A stretch of DNA of 64,000 bases, from the NCBI RefSeq assembly GCF_001194135.2, contig NC_068992.1, positions 52,117,551 to 52,181,550 of the forward strand, in the 5' to 3' direction. This document shows, piece after piece, positions 37,441 through 52,257 of the stretch. The notes beneath the pieces are model-generated. The model ran no database searches and was not told the DNA's origin. It was given only the letters and a program-made list of their open reading frames with translations. The position numbers and the translations under genes were made by a program. Within the stretch, counting starts at the first letter, position 1; every line of letters starts with the position of its first letter. The stretch is from Octopus bimaculoides. Lineage: Eukaryota.

Positions 37441-38229
37441 GATATACATTAATTTATTCCAAAATAAGGTACTTTATATTTACAGTTTCAAAGACCAAAT
37501 TTCATTTCTTTATATTATTCTCTTGGTCTTTGATTTTAACATCATTCAAAGCAAAGAATAAAGTCTGTAAACCAATTATAAAACTATATATTAAGTATCT
37601 CATCTGTCTATACATGTGGTAGGGAAAAATATCACAGAAAATAATAACATTGATGATCTTGAACATAATCATTTCCTCATGAAAAAATTACTCAGTCAAT
37701 TGTGCAGTTAAACATTAAGTAATACTAACTCACTTTTATTTAATATTTCATTTAAAGCTGCCATCTGAGGGTTGTTTGTTGTCGTTTTCTTCATAATTTA
37801 ATATACTTTCTAGTTTTAGCATAGATAAGGTTGTAATTGTTTTTGCTTTTTGCTGTTTGTTTTTTTTTCATTTTTAAGAAGACGCATTTACTTTCGTTAA
37901 AATCATTTGAATATCTGGGAACAAGGTCATAGTCTCCTGTAAAATCAATTTATGTGTCTCATACTGACAAGATATTCCAGCGCTGAAATGTACTGTCATA
38001 GAACAAGAAATATATAACCATTTTTTTAAAGTTACATACATAATTTGCTTTATCTCAGTTATCAACTTATAAATGTATATGCACATAGGAATTTATCAAA
38101 GATAAAGATTGCATCTCTCTCACAAGGCAGTAGAGACTGTGTTCTTCCTAGTCTTCCTAGTCTAGGGATACAGCCTAGTCTTCCTAGTCTAGGGATACTT
38201 CATTTGTTCCCATCAAGGGATATGCTTAA

Positions 38230-38450
38230 CCCTTTCAATACCAACCCGGCTGAAACCAGCTCTGGCACTGTAGTACAAACGTCTTGTTTTCATAAGTTTT
38301 GAATTAAAATCTTCCACCAAACCTTAGTCGCAATTTATGTTCCTAACACTCGCTGAATGATAACTAAGTTATTTTACTAAATTCTTTGTTATACTTAAAT
38401 TGATTGAAAGAAACATAGAACATCTCAAAATAAATACAGTAATGAAAGGG
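38230..38450. mobile_element. piggyBac-type MITE, 221 bp
   Basis: TTAA on both sides (38226-38229, 38451-38454) and terminal inverted repeats CCCTTTCAATAC / GTAATGAAAGGG (11/12 match). Confidence 0.88.
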
Positions 38451-39802
38451 TTAAGTATCTGATGTTTAGGGATGGTTATCCCACTTCAAAATTGCAATTC
38501 AATTCTTACAATTTTTAAATATCTAAAGATTAGAGAATACATCTTAATCACATAGCAATTGATGTGGTTGAACTCATCTAAAATATATATTACTTGGGGG
38601 GAAATAATTAATGTAATATATTTTAAATGCTGTACAAGATGATATCATAATATTTGTTACCCAGTAGTAATGTTTTGCAAAGTGTAACCATTCAGCTGAT
38701 GGATAATGCATCAACCAATGTTAACATGAAACAAACTTCATTTCCAACAGTGATAAGTGCTTTAATGCAATGAGTAATTAATATCTTACCTTGTGATTAA
38801 TACCAGTATAGAATATAATTTGCATGTGAATATGTAACCACATGTTCAATAGCATTCATTATTGTATATATGCTGTGTGTGTTTGTGTGTATGTGTAATA
38901 ATCAGTACAAGACTATATAGATATCTTATATATAGATAATTAGATCAAATAAAAACAAAAAACATGATGAAATGCAATAAATATTTCAACTATCTCTCAC
39001 CTATGTGTGAGTATTTTTGTGTGGTTGGGTGGGTGGTGCATGTTTGTGTCTGTGTACATGCATGTGCATGTGAGTGTATACAAGGGTATGTGTGTGTGTA
39101 CACATGCGTATGCATATGTGTGTGTGTGTGTGTGCGTGTGTGTGTGCATGCATGTTCTTGCATGAATGTACAGGTGCTCCCTACATCAGAAGTTTCTAAA
39201 ATTATGTAGATAATAATCAAGAAATAATGATTTAATTAACTCATTATTTTTAGGTAAATTAATTTACAAATCTGCCAGAATATCATTCAGCTAGTAATTA
39301 TCATTTCAAGAAAGTATCACAGTAGGATGTATATTAACAAAGTTTCTATAAGAAATTTGTTAATAATTAATTAATAAATTTATAGAAGAATAAGTGATAA
39401 CATGTAGCCATGGTGTGATCTATTCCTCAAGTGATCTGAATCCAGTAAAACAAATTAGTTTCAAGCTGTGAACATTTATATTGTCTTTAATATCAAACAA
39501 AATAAACAGCTAAATAATATTCTATGTTGCCAATTAAGCAAGAAATCAGTATAGCGATATCTGTAATCTATTTTGTTACAGTAGCTGTAATATTTAAATA
39601 GCGGACAATATACACACACAACTAAAGTCAATAGCGATTTTGAATAGAGAATTTGTTAAAACACAAAGTTTCTACTAAAATTAACCTAGTTACACTAAAG
39701 AACTGTGTGTACGTATGTTTGTGTGTATGTACATATGTTTGTGTGCGTGTGTATGTGTATGTGTATGTGCGTGTGTGTGTGTGTGTGTGTGTNNNNNNNN
39801 NN

Positions 39803-39860
<58 letters not shown>

Positions 39861-40079
39861 TCTGTCAATTATGCTTCTATAACACATCATTCCTCAGCAT
39901 GAACAAGCTGTTTGACTTCATAGATCTTAGTTTCATTTAATAAGGTGTCCCTTTTTCTTAGAAACCAATTATTTAAATATTAAGACACCACTCTGTTCCT
40001 GTATTATGTAACATCTTCTGTCCATAACAACATTTCGCTGTTAATCTTTTATTCTTTTATTCTGCTTCATTCAATGGAC

Positions 40080-40400
40080 TCTAAACACGCAGGGGTACTA
40101 TCCTGAAGGATTTGGTCGATCAAATCAACTCCAGTTACTATTTTTCAAAGTCTGGTATTTATTTTATTAGTTTCTTTTACTAAACCACTAAGTTACAGGA
40201 AAACAAATACACATACATATATATTGAGAGGCACACATACACATATGTAATGAGATTCAACACAGATTCCTGCTACCAAATTTACTCACTAGACATTAGG
40301 TCAACCTGAGGTGATACTAGAAGACACTTGCTCAAGGCACTGGACAATGGGACTAAACTCAAACCATGTTGGTTTGAAGAAAACTTCTTAACCATACATC
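40080..40400 (-). mobile_element. Degenerate SINE family A
   Basis: GATCAAATCAACTCCAG...ACCAAATTTACTCAC...GAAGACACTTGCTCAAGG...CTTCTTAACCATACA. Confidence 0.75.
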
Positions 40401-40524
40401 TCTGTCTATGTGAATAATTTTTCATTATTGAGCAACATAAGGAGCTAGTTCTAAATATAGCTCCTTAACAACATTCATTATGGAATAATATCCAAGTTAT
40501 ATGTAATAATTTCATAACTGCAAC

Positions 40525-40643
40525 GATTGTGTTCCAGGTTCAGTCTCACTGTGTGGCACCTTGGCAAAAGTCTTCTACTATAGCCTTGAGCTGACCAAAG
40601 CCTTGTGAGTGGATTTGGTAGACAGAAACTGAAAGAAGCCTGC

Positions 40644-40695
<52 letters not shown>

Positions 40696-40940
40696 TGTGT
40701 GTATGTATGTATATATCTATGTTTGTCTGTCTTTGTGCATGTGGTTACCTCCTTGCCATCACTGCTTGACAACTGGTGTTGGTATGTTTATGTCCCCGTA
40801 ACTTAAGTTTGGCAAAAGAGACTGATAGGATAAGTACTAGGTTTAAGAAATAAGACCTGGGGTCGATTTGTTCAAATGGAATCCCTTCAAGGCAGTGCTG
40901 CAGCATGGCTACAGTCAAACAATTGAAAAAATTAAGAGAA
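40525..40940 (+). mobile_element. SINE family A, 5'-truncated
   Basis: GGTTCAGTCTCACTGTGTGGCACCTTGG...GAAACTGAAAGAAGCC...(TA)n...GCAGCATGGCTACAGTCAAAC. Confidence 0.9.
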
Positions 40941-43366
40941 AAAATGAAATTATACAAGAGGCAAATGAAACAATATTCTACAAAATTAAAAACAGGTCAA
41001 TCTGTGACATGGAAGGTTGAAAAAATACTACTATGATATTTCAGCTTCTAGAGTATTGTGTACAATACTAAAATACAAATCACATTATACTGCATACACC
41101 ATTCCAATTAACATTAAGAGATATACTGATTTCCAAACACTGTTTCTCATATTATGTTTAATAACACACCATATTTGCCTTCGTTGAAAACCCATTTCTT
41201 GGTGAACAAAATATACAATTTATCACTAAGCTTGCAAATATCTTTATAAAGAGAATATTTCTTAAATGCTTGACATCAAAAGAATATTTTGAACGAAGAC
41301 TTTTTTTTTTTCTGTAGTTTATTTGACACGATATTCCTATCTTGAAACCTTAATAAGCTATGTAACAGTTTGTATGCTATCATATTAAATTCAATATTAG
41401 ATACATATGAGATGAAATAATCAATAATTCATATCTTCACTGCATAATACCTGCTCCTAATATTGTCTTATCTATATTGTGTTATTGGTGTAAATTCTTC
41501 TTTACTTGAAGACAAAAAAATTATCCTATAAAGCAACACATTCATTGTCAGTTAACTTCTAAACGCCTTCTGATTGAAGAAAATCAGTGAGATATCTTCA
41601 AAAATCTTATATGGTAATTTGTGAATTCTAGGAAATCGTTTCCAAGACAGGATTTTGAGGATTTTCTTGGAGGAGATATCTCCATAAAAGTTTGTGCAAA
41701 TGTGAAAACAAACAAACTATTTCCTTTATAATGTTCAACGGTTATCCTACTCGTTAGAATCTTTATGGCTTAATGATCACATGTAGGAAGCTGTTAGTGA
41801 TACTCTTCTTTGTCATCTCCAACACTCTTATGTAAAACACAAATGTTTTGGAAAAACCACTTTGAATTATCTTTCAAAGTAATATTAGCATATACTTTTT
41901 TATTATCTCTTTTCATTCAAATACTATACACAAGAGCCTCATTAGCTATATCTGGCAATAACAGTTATGTGTGACGATGCAAGCTATGATGAGGAAGTAA
42001 CCACAGTCACTTTTTGTAGAAATGCACTGCTGAAGTCGTTTTTAATAATTTATAACTAAATGTGGTTCACATGTGATCAGCTTTGAGTGAATTTTCTAGT
42101 TCATTTCCAACAAATATATATAACATTTGTGAACAAGATCCCTCCTGCATTGTTACCAGGCAACAACGCCTGCTCTCTCAAAGTGAATGGCAATTAATAC
42201 AATTTCTCTTGTGTTGGTACTATGATATGTACCCAGTATAGATAGCTGTAAAAGGTTAGCAGACTAAGCAGAGCATACAAAGAGCTCTTAGGGTCGTCTA
42301 TTCAGCATCTCTGGAATTGTGCCCTGAAGTATCAACCTGGTACACATTGTAACGTAGATGATGATAGGAAGGATATCCAGCCATATAATTAAAATAAAAG
42401 AAAATATGAGCATCAGATTATGAAAATAGAACTCCTAACAATGATTACTCAGATGCATGGCTCAGTCAAAGCTATGCAAAGCTGGAAAGTTCATGTAAAA
42501 ATTATGATGATGACAATGATGAAACCGATCATGATGATGAGAGGATCATTATGACACTGGTGAGGATGATAACGCCTTGGGTATGCTTGCAGCAACCTCA
42601 TGCAGATGCATCTTAGCTTAATTTGTTCTTTCTGCCAATGAAGAATTGTATATCGAAACAAGATGTTTACAACTGTTTATGATTACATACAGTTTTGATT
42701 AAAATCTGTAGATGTATTCTGTAATAATAAATAATAGTAAATAATTAGTTTATGCTATAACTAGGCTTTGATGGAGAAGATAATTGAGAGGAAATGTCTA
42801 GTTTTGAAATAATTATTCCTTAATGCAATAGTCTAATAAATCATTAATTGCATGCTTTTGAAATTAATGAATACTTAAGAATACTATAGTTAATTTGTAG
42901 AATATTCACTTTTACCAACTTATGTAAAGATATACAAAGATTATATTGCATTAGAATGCTGTGTTATTGTGATCCATAATCGAATTACATATTTTATTTC
43001 GAAACTTTCAACTACAATGTTATATTTAGAAAGATATTAATAAATACACATCTATAAATTATAAATATTATCTTGAATCAATTAACTTTGCAAAAAATAC
43101 AAAATTAATGGTAACTAACGAAAACTTACAAATTGTTTGGAAAACTTTTCATTACTTTATAATATTCTACTTAAAAAATAAGAAAACGTCTTTGACATTT
43201 CTCAACACAATCATAACATATTTTACATTCATTATTCTTTTCAGAACATTCATTTCACCATAAATGTACAGTAAATATTGCAAATACTTTAATGTATAAG
43301 TTAGAAACTGAAGTCAAATTCATTTGTTATTTTACATCTGCTTTTTCCATTCAGTATGGGTTAAAT

Positions 43367-43705
43367 CAGTGGTTCTCAAATGGAGTCCATATGGCCCCTG
43401 AGGGTCCATATTAGATTTTTGGGGGTCTATGTACCAAAATCATAAATCGGGGATCCACAATAGAATTTTAAAGGCCTCTGAAAAACATTTGTTTTAGATT
43501 TATGTATGGCAAGAAACAGCTAGGTTTCTTTCTCTAAGATTTTATGTAGTTCAACCTACCCAAGTTAATGTGTGAAAAACAAAACAAGAAATTTTAAAGA
43601 AGTTTCTATAAGACAAATCTTTAAGCCTCGAATGGCCATGGGGGTCCACCAGAATAAAATAGTAATCAAAGGGGTCCAATGATAAAAAACGGTTGAGAAC
43701 CTCTG
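43367..43705 (+). mobile_element. hAT (Charlie-like) MITE, 339 bp
   Basis: TIR CAGTGGTTCTCAA / TTGAGAACCTCTG and a perfect 8-bp target-site duplication GGTTAAAT (43359-43366, 43706-43713). Confidence 0.92.
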
Positions 43706-44459
43706 GGTTAAATGAATATTTCATATGGGAGACATTGTTTTACGGCTGGATGCTCTTCATGATGTGAAGCCCTTACTGGTTTTCCCAGTAAGGAATTCCT
43801 TGATTCGATGATACAGCTGCAATGACACAAAGTACCCGATCAAACTGTTGACAGGAAAATCAGAGATCAGTATACATGCAACACTTTTGTACAAGAGATT
43901 GAAGATGTAAACAAACTCACAGACATACATACAAGCACATATATGTATTTGTCTTTGTATATGAGTGAGTACTTCATTGATTCAACATCATATGACAGTT
44001 CTAAAAGCATGTCACTGTCATACAACTGGTACCATTCATTTTAAGTCTTCTTTGAAAACATATCCATTCATGGGGAAATATTAACATGCTTGGAAATAAG
44101 GGTAAGTTATCATGGGGAAAGGCATCTGGTCATAGAGTATCAGCCTGAAAGAAAAATTCCATTTAACCCATTTAAGGATACAAGAGTGGACAATGATAAC
44201 AAATTGAAGATGATGATGATGACATAAGTTATATATAGGCAAATACAGAATAAAATTACACAACCTAATGGATTTTATACAGATCCTTCCTTGTCTGAAT
44301 TTCAGACAATACAATATACTATAATATACTACGATTTTAAAACTAATTCCTAATAAATCAAACATTCTATTAAGGAGAAATAACTAATTTCTTTTGAATT
44401 GTATGCATACACAAACTTCCATCCTTAATATATGCACACATATGCATACATACATAAAT

Positions 44460-44495
<36 letters not shown>

Positions 44496-44651
44496 CGATA
44501 TATATACATATCTATATACATAGATGTATTTGTGTGTGTGTGTGTGTGTATGTGTATTTGCATATCAATATGTATAACTATATCTTGTTCTGCATTTATA
44601 TCAATATCAATATTATATGTGTCTGTGTGTGTATGTATATATATGTATATA

Positions 44652-44717
<66 letters not shown>

Positions 44718-45403
44718 NNNNNNNNNNNNNNNNNNNNNNNNNNNNNNNNNNNNNNNNNNNNNNNNNNNNNNNNNNNNNNNNNNTATATATATGTCTATCT
44801 CTGTGTGTGTGTTTGTGTGTGTGTGTCTGTATGTGTATGTGTGTGTGTGTGTGTGTGTGCGTGTGTGTGCATGTGAATGTATGGACGAATGTATATGATT
44901 AAAATCAACCAATTATTATATTTTACATTCGCATTCATGCAGCATGTTTGTGTGACTGAAATAGATGTTTGTATTTTAACAATTACACATACCTATTTAA
45001 GTGTTTAATGGGTTTGCATTTATTGTATCAATTACTCATGTAACAATACCAACTGCAGTCAGTTCTTTATTAAAACATATTTTGGGTTTATTTTATGTTC
45101 CTTCTTTGACAGAATGTCATCTAGCCATAATTCCTGTTAGCAATATCTAAATGGATGTCTTTTATCTTTCTTCAATACAGCCACATCTTATCACACATCA
45201 CTACTTTCTACTTATGGTGAAATAGTGAATTTTAATCACATTTGGAGATTAAACAACTTTATATATTTGGTTATTATAGAATTTTCTTTCTTTTCTCATT
45301 TTGTTTATTGTTTTGCTCTCTCTATATTTTTATGTTCATAGTTATTTGTATGTTTTTGGTTTTTAGAGTAATTCCTATTATTGTAGCTTTGGATTGTTAT
45401 ATA

Positions 45404-45469
<66 letters not shown>

Positions 45470-46278
45470 ATGCATATATGTACATATAGACATATATGTG
45501 CATATATACACACATATATACAAACTCTTCTGCAGAGACACACACATGCATAGGCTTTTGTTAGAAAATGATTTCTTTGATAACGTCGTGAACATTTTTA
45601 TTTCTATTGCTATTTGTAAACATATTGTACATTGTACTCTATGGATAGAAAAGAAATGAGAAAAAAAGAAAAGACAATTTCAAGATCGATGTTTCAATTT
45701 TCCTCAAACCTAAAGCTATCTCCATTAAGTACCATCTGAGAGAAATTTCCATCTTGTTTACTCTTCTCACTACTTGAATTTATTCTTTAACATCATAAAA
45801 CCCTGAGTCATCACAAAATATTTTGCTGAGTTCTCTTCCAGGTAAATTGATTTTTACACTTCAAATCCTGAGATAAAGCAAAATTTTAAACATTCTTTTA
45901 AGACAATAATTTCAACCTAATATTATACATTTCATATAAAGAAGAACAAATCCATTTTGGTGATAATAATGGCCACTTATAATTCCTGCATATTTTTGCG
46001 ATTTTATACCAGGTGTCTTTCCTTCTCTGACATTTTTCTATATTTTGAATATTGAAAATTTGCACCATGTAATTTCATTTCCTCATATAGAGGCCACATG
46101 CTGTTAATCTTCCACAATCTTTTTCAAGTTTGGGAAATTTTATTGCATGCAAAACCTTTTCTAATTTAGAATTGTGAATATCAACTATGATTGGATCAAT
46201 ATTTTGCTTATTGCAATATCATGGTTGTTTTTTTTTTTGTTTTTTTTAGTTTCCTTGATGTATTTTAGGGCTGGCTAC

Positions 46279-46334
46279 CTTCTGGAATTATAGTCCATGC
46301 GCTGATAAGATTTCAGCAAATCATTCCAAGATAG
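46279..46334 (-). CDS. Candidate 56-nt exon (LSWNDLLKSYQRMDYNSR), phase 0 to 2
   Basis: Acceptor GATTTATATTTCAG, donor AAG|GTAGCC, one open frame. No homology recognised. Confidence 0.28.
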
Positions 46335-48699
46335 CTGAAATATAAATCTGAAGGCCTTTTGAAGAACTAAAAGCATTATTTTGAATATTCATGTTATGAA
46401 ATTACTTTAGCATATTGTTGAATCTTTATTGAAACTGTTATAAAATTTTATTTGATTGTGATAAAAAAATTTCTTTAGGTGCATGTGAAGAGTTAGAGTT
46501 ACTAAGCACTTGTATTCATGTCTAGATCTAAAAATTCCAATTGAGCAAACATTCATTATGGAATTTACCATTTAGATTTTATTCCAAATATTAGTTTATT
46601 TTATACATACATTATTCATGGAAAAGATAGAAAATAAGTTAATTTTAGAAATGAAAAACGATAATGTAGTAAACACCGGCAAGTAAATATTAGTTAAATC
46701 AGAATTTGTAGATCTAGTTAACATGAAGCAACATTAAAACTCTGTAGTAAAATAAGATAGAAATATGTAGTGACCAACATTGTTTAAAAGCTGTTTTCTT
46801 TTCTTCAGTCATCTACATTAAACCAGGTTGTGTTCCATCATCTTATTCCAAAGTCTTTTAGTCTTGTGCTGTTGCAGTGGTTTTCTTTATTTTGTTTTTG
46901 CATTTACATTGGCAAAAGATTTATATTCTACCGTTTATGAAGTTTTCAAGATTATTAGAAGACTATATTAGCAATATGATGCCAAGATTTAGTACAAGTG
47001 AATGAAGACTCGGCTTAATTTGCTATTAGTGATAGCTTTGCAAATCTTATTTATTACATATGATCAGTGACTACATTTATTTAAATTACAGTATCACATC
47101 TTTTTTTTTTACTTCAAATATTTTTGTTATCATTTTTAGTACATTGCTTTATATTCGTGTATTCAATTTTTCTCCACTCTTTCAAAAAACCAACTTAGCC
47201 TGAAATCTTATTAAACCATCTTAAGAAACAGTAATAAAAAATGTTTACAAAGAGGTAAATATTTTATATTTTCTAGTTCTTTTATTTCTGGCTAGAAGAC
47301 ACAATTTATGTAACAAACAGAAGAGAAAACTACTGAACTCAAAATAAAATGGTATCAATATTTCTTCACTATGATATTATATTTAAGCAGTAAACCAATG
47401 GAAGTTAGGTTGAGAAAAATTATGCTTCACTGACTTTATGATTCAGTATTGTAGGGTCATTCTTTTCTGCAGTTTTATTCAATGTTTATATAAAGCATTT
47501 ATATTTTCAAGAAAGCTATTTATTACTGAATAAATTTTCTACCTTTTTCCTCTTTTACAATACAGGTTTCTAGTTGTATATATCTGTGCTTTATGAACAC
47601 TAAGAAAACACTGAATTCTCATGATATTGTCACTTAATACTGTTTTGTGTAGTGTAAAGGGATGATATTTTAATGTAGAAAATAATTGATTTAATATTTC
47701 TCATTATCTATTCTAAGTTGATTAAGGTTTTAAAATTAAAACTAAAAAAAACACATTCGAAATTACATCCCCCCCAAAAAAATCAAAATTAAATATAAAA
47801 ACTGAAAGTATTCTAAGATACTTTTGTTTTTTTTTTAAATATATTTTATTTTAAGTCAGAGAAAGAATTTTCATTTATGACAGAAAAGAAAATTACTTTT
47901 GTTTCAGCAAAGAAACAAATAAAGGAAGTGATTTAAAAACATTTTAAAATTCAAATCGCTTTGTCATAATTCCCAGACTAGCAAAATGTCTGTGAGAAAC
48001 ATTGCACTGAATTCTAAGTTTATAAAGTACTGTTGCTGTTGTGTCATGATGTCATGAATTAAATCATGATAATATTAACTTAAGACAACTTTTCCAAATA
48101 GATACTCATTTGCAGTGATTAAAATTGCAAGTCACTTTTACTTGTAAATATATTATCTATTTTTTTCAAGTTATCTGATCATTGCATGTTTGTACAAATT
48201 AGTTAACATGAAGGGATTAAGTTTCAGTAAACCTGCCCAATTAATTATCAATTTAATTAACTGAAACTAAAATAATTTTCTTGAAATTAATTCCATTGCA
48301 TTGACAAAGATAGAAGGAAAATCAGACCAATATCTCAGAAACTACAATCAAAATTTAAAATATTGTTAATGGAGATTTTCATTACATGTCATTTAATCAA
48401 CAAAGGAAATAACAAAAATATACGAAAGGAAATTTTAATAAAGACCATTTTGAAGATCAGCAATGTTAAAATAGTATTAGCAAAGTAAAAATAATGCTAA
48501 GAAATAATCCAAAGTAAAGTAGAAGAGAAATGAATCAATTGGATGCAATAGACTTGCCAAAATGTAGCTACCATAGCAAACTTGCTGCAATTGTGGGATT
48601 TCATAATTTTATTTTAAATATGTGCATGAGCTCACACACTGATGTGCATGCATGTAAACGCCTATGCACACATGCACCCACATGCAAATACACATATAC

Positions 48700-48835
48700 A
48701 TCTGTGATTAGCTTCCTATCGTTTTTGTCTGCCAAATTCTTTTACAGGGCATGTGTCAGCCTAGTGCTATAGAATAAGACACTTGCTCAGGCAGCTGCAC
48801 AATGGGACTGAACTCAAAACCTCATGGTTGTGAAG
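48700..48835 (-). mobile_element. Degenerate SINE family A head
   Basis: AAGACACTTGCTCAGG...GGGACTGAACTCAAAACCTCATGG. Confidence 0.65.
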
Positions 48836-49547
48836 CACAATTATCTCTGAGCTTATTTATATGTGTGTATATGTGTGTGTGTATGTGTGAGTGTGTGTGT
48901 GTGTGTGTGTGTGTATGTGTTTGTGTGTGTGTATGTGTGTGTTTATGGAGATATATTATGTGAGTGGGCACCAGTGTTGCTCTACTATCGATTGATAATA
49001 CTGGTTATTGTTCATGTGCTTAACTATTAATGGTTATGGTTGGTTAGTTTAACCATTCTTAGTATTTCCCACTTCTGAAAATCCAGTGATCCCCATTAAT
49101 ACACACACACTCACATATATATATATATATATTCCAAAATGTAATCACTTGTGGACTGTTGGCGGCTTTTTTCATCTGTCTTCCTTTTCTCTTACACTTT
49201 CCTCTGTTTTCTGTTTCTGAAGAAGAGCTTTGCTCGAAATGCAGGACATGGTACATGTAAAGTATTAATACTTTACATGCACCATGTCCTCACATTGTTG
49301 TTTTTTCTTGTTCTTATTTTCTCCATTTTCCTATTAATTATATATACATATACATATATATATATATATATANNNNNNNNNNNNNNNNNNNNNNNNNNNN
49401 NNNNNNNNNNNNNNNNNNNNNNNNNNNNNNNNNNNNNNNNNNNNNNNNNNNNNNNNNNNNNNNNNNNNNNNNNNNNNNNNNNNNNNNNNNNNNNNNNNNN
49501 NNNNNNNNNNNNNNNNNNNNNNNNNTACACATATATATATATACATA

Positions 49548-49589
<42 letters not shown>

Positions 49590-49599
49590 AAAGATGAAA

Positions 49600-50100
49600 G
49601 GGAGGGTCTAAAGGGTCAATACGAATTGTGTGAGAACTGCAATGCTGTATGGGAGTGAGACATGGTGTCTGAAGGAGAGAAAGATGATAATTTTGAGAAA
49701 GACTGAGAGAGCTATGGTGAGAGAAATCTATGGTGTGAAGCTGTTTGATGGGAATGCTGAGATTGGAGGAATCGGTGGGATGGTTGCCAAGAGCGAATGG
49801 AGTGAGGTGGTATGGGCATGTGTCGAGGAGGGATGAAGAACATGTTCTGAGGACGGTGACTGCATTTGAGGTAAATGGAGCACGAAAGTGAGGTAGACCT
49901 GGGAAAATGTGGAGGGGACAGGTGGAGGAGGAAATTGGGAAGGTTAGTTTGAAAAAGGAGGGCGCCCAAAACCGAGCAAGATGGTGAGATGGTGTGAGGG
50001 CAGCTGCTATGAAATTGAGGTAGATCCAGTCTCCCCTGTTAACAGGGACAAAACCAGGATTTAAAACACTGGATCATGATGATGATGATGATGGTGATGA
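49600..50100 (+). mobile_element. RTE-clade LINE, 5'-truncated, with (GAT)n tail
   Basis: CVRTAMLYGSETWCLKERKMIILRKTERAMVREIYGVKLFD / frameshift / ANGVRWYGHVSRRDEEHVLR...RK*GRPGKMWRGQVEEE...NRARW*DGV, then a 3' UTR and GATGATGAT. Confidence 0.92.
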
Positions 50101-50381
50101 TATATACACACGCACACACACACACACACACACACACTTATATAGATATTCATATATATATATATATATATATATANNNNNNNNNNNNNNNNNNNNNNNN
50201 NNNNNNNNNNNNNNNNNNNNNNNNNNNNNNNNNNNNNNNNNNNNNNNNNNNNNNNNNNNNNNNNNNNNNNNNNNNNNNNNNNNNNNNNNNNNNNNNNNNN
50301 NNNNNNNNNNNNNNNNNNNNNNNNNNNNNNNNNNNNNNNNNNNNNNNNNNNNNNNNNNNNNNNNNNNNNNNNNNNNNNNNN

Positions 50382-50412
<31 letters not shown>

Positions 50413-52049
50413 TCTCTTTCTCTCTCCCTCTCTCTTTCATTCACATGCTGCCAACAGAAATAAATTTGAAAACAAAATTTTCTGAACAGAACCAAATTTT
50501 GGGCTTCTCAAACAGCAATTTGTTGTGTTTATTTTAACCATTTTTATATGAGTGGAGCGATTAAGTGGTTCTGATGTACTTGTAAATGAACTTTTGTTAC
50601 ATCTTGATTAGTTTTGAGAACAATTATTGTTTTTGATTGTAAGAAGCAAGAGAAGTAATGGCAGTCGTCCTCAGCTTTTATCACAGGAAATGATTATGTT
50701 TAGCAACACTTTTTGAATGGCTGAAACTAGACAAACTGACATGCTGAAGCTGCACATTGAAGACTACAGGATGTGCTTCATATTTGACATTCTACAATTT
50801 AGAGATTTATTGATATTTTAAAATAAATTTCAATCAAGCAATCTTCGTAATGAGTGGCTCATTAAGGGATAACATTTTGCAGTTAAATTACAAATATGCA
50901 AAAAAGCAGATACATGGATCCAATCAGAACATTTACAAGCCAAAATTTTGTTAAAGAATTAGCAGTAACTTTTCGTTATTTGCTTTTGTAACCTTATTTA
51001 CTTTTTTTTTTTTATACCAGTAAAGTACTATCAATTTTTTTTGTCCAAATATTTTTGATTGGAAATGTATTTCTTCCATTTTATGATAAATTATTTTATT
51101 CATTGTGTCTGCTATTAGTTGACTTCATTAAATTAGACTATGTCAAGTAAACTATGGCAAATTGTTTTAAACTCAGATGGGAGTTCCTTAGTCAAAGCAA
51201 TAATTACAATCATTTAGGAACCTTTTTTGTACACATGAGTTTAAAATTATACAGTAAATGTAATCATTCACCATTTACTTCAACAACACTCATTTTGAAG
51301 CATTTTTTTTTTCATATTTATGGGTCTTTATCATAAGCAAGTTGTTAGAAACATAATTCAAAATATATTGCTGATAAATATAATGCTTGACTTTATCCCA
51401 GAACATAGATTAATGAAAAGAATACTTTCTAATTATATTGACAGTGCATTTGTTTATACTACACTGTTCAGAGAGTGCTAATACTGTTATGTGATCCACA
51501 AACATCTGAAGATACAATAAATTCACTCAGACTTGAACATATATGAAAGTTACTTTCAAGGGAACAATTAAATGAACTTGATGAGAAATGGATTTTACTT
51601 TTGGCATCTGTGAATAATTGCTAATACCAAGGGTATAAGACGAAAGTTTTTTGGTGTTACATCTTTTAATATATTCTGCTGGTTTCATTCAAGCTAGGGA
51701 AATTCAACACAGTTAATATGTGTTTAGTTTTAAAGTGTAAAACTTGAACATAGTATTGACAATCTACAGCTTACTTTGAACCACATAGACATGGCCTGGA
51801 CAATAATTGTACTTGCATGTAAAACTACAATTACTAATAGTTGGTGAACTTCCAGAGTTAAGTATTGTTGCATATTGTAGTTTGTAGTTTCATACATTTA
51901 TCCTAAATCTATCCACAGAGGAAAAATCCAGAAATCTTACATTTTTATATCATTAAAAATTATTATTTATATTGAAATAATAAGAATAATAACCATGAGA
52001 TTATTGTGCAATGTTCAGATGCACTACGACATATACAAGTACATATACA

Positions 52050-52212
52050 GGCGCAGGAGTGGCTGTGTGGTAAGTAGCTTGCTTACCAACCACATAGTTC
52101 CGGGTTCAGTCACACTGTGTGGCACCTTGGGCAAGTGTCTTCTACTATAGCCTTGGGCCGACCAAAGCCTTCTGAGTGGATTGGGTAGACGGAAACTGAA
52201 AGAAGCCCATCG

Positions 52213-52257
<45 letters not shown>

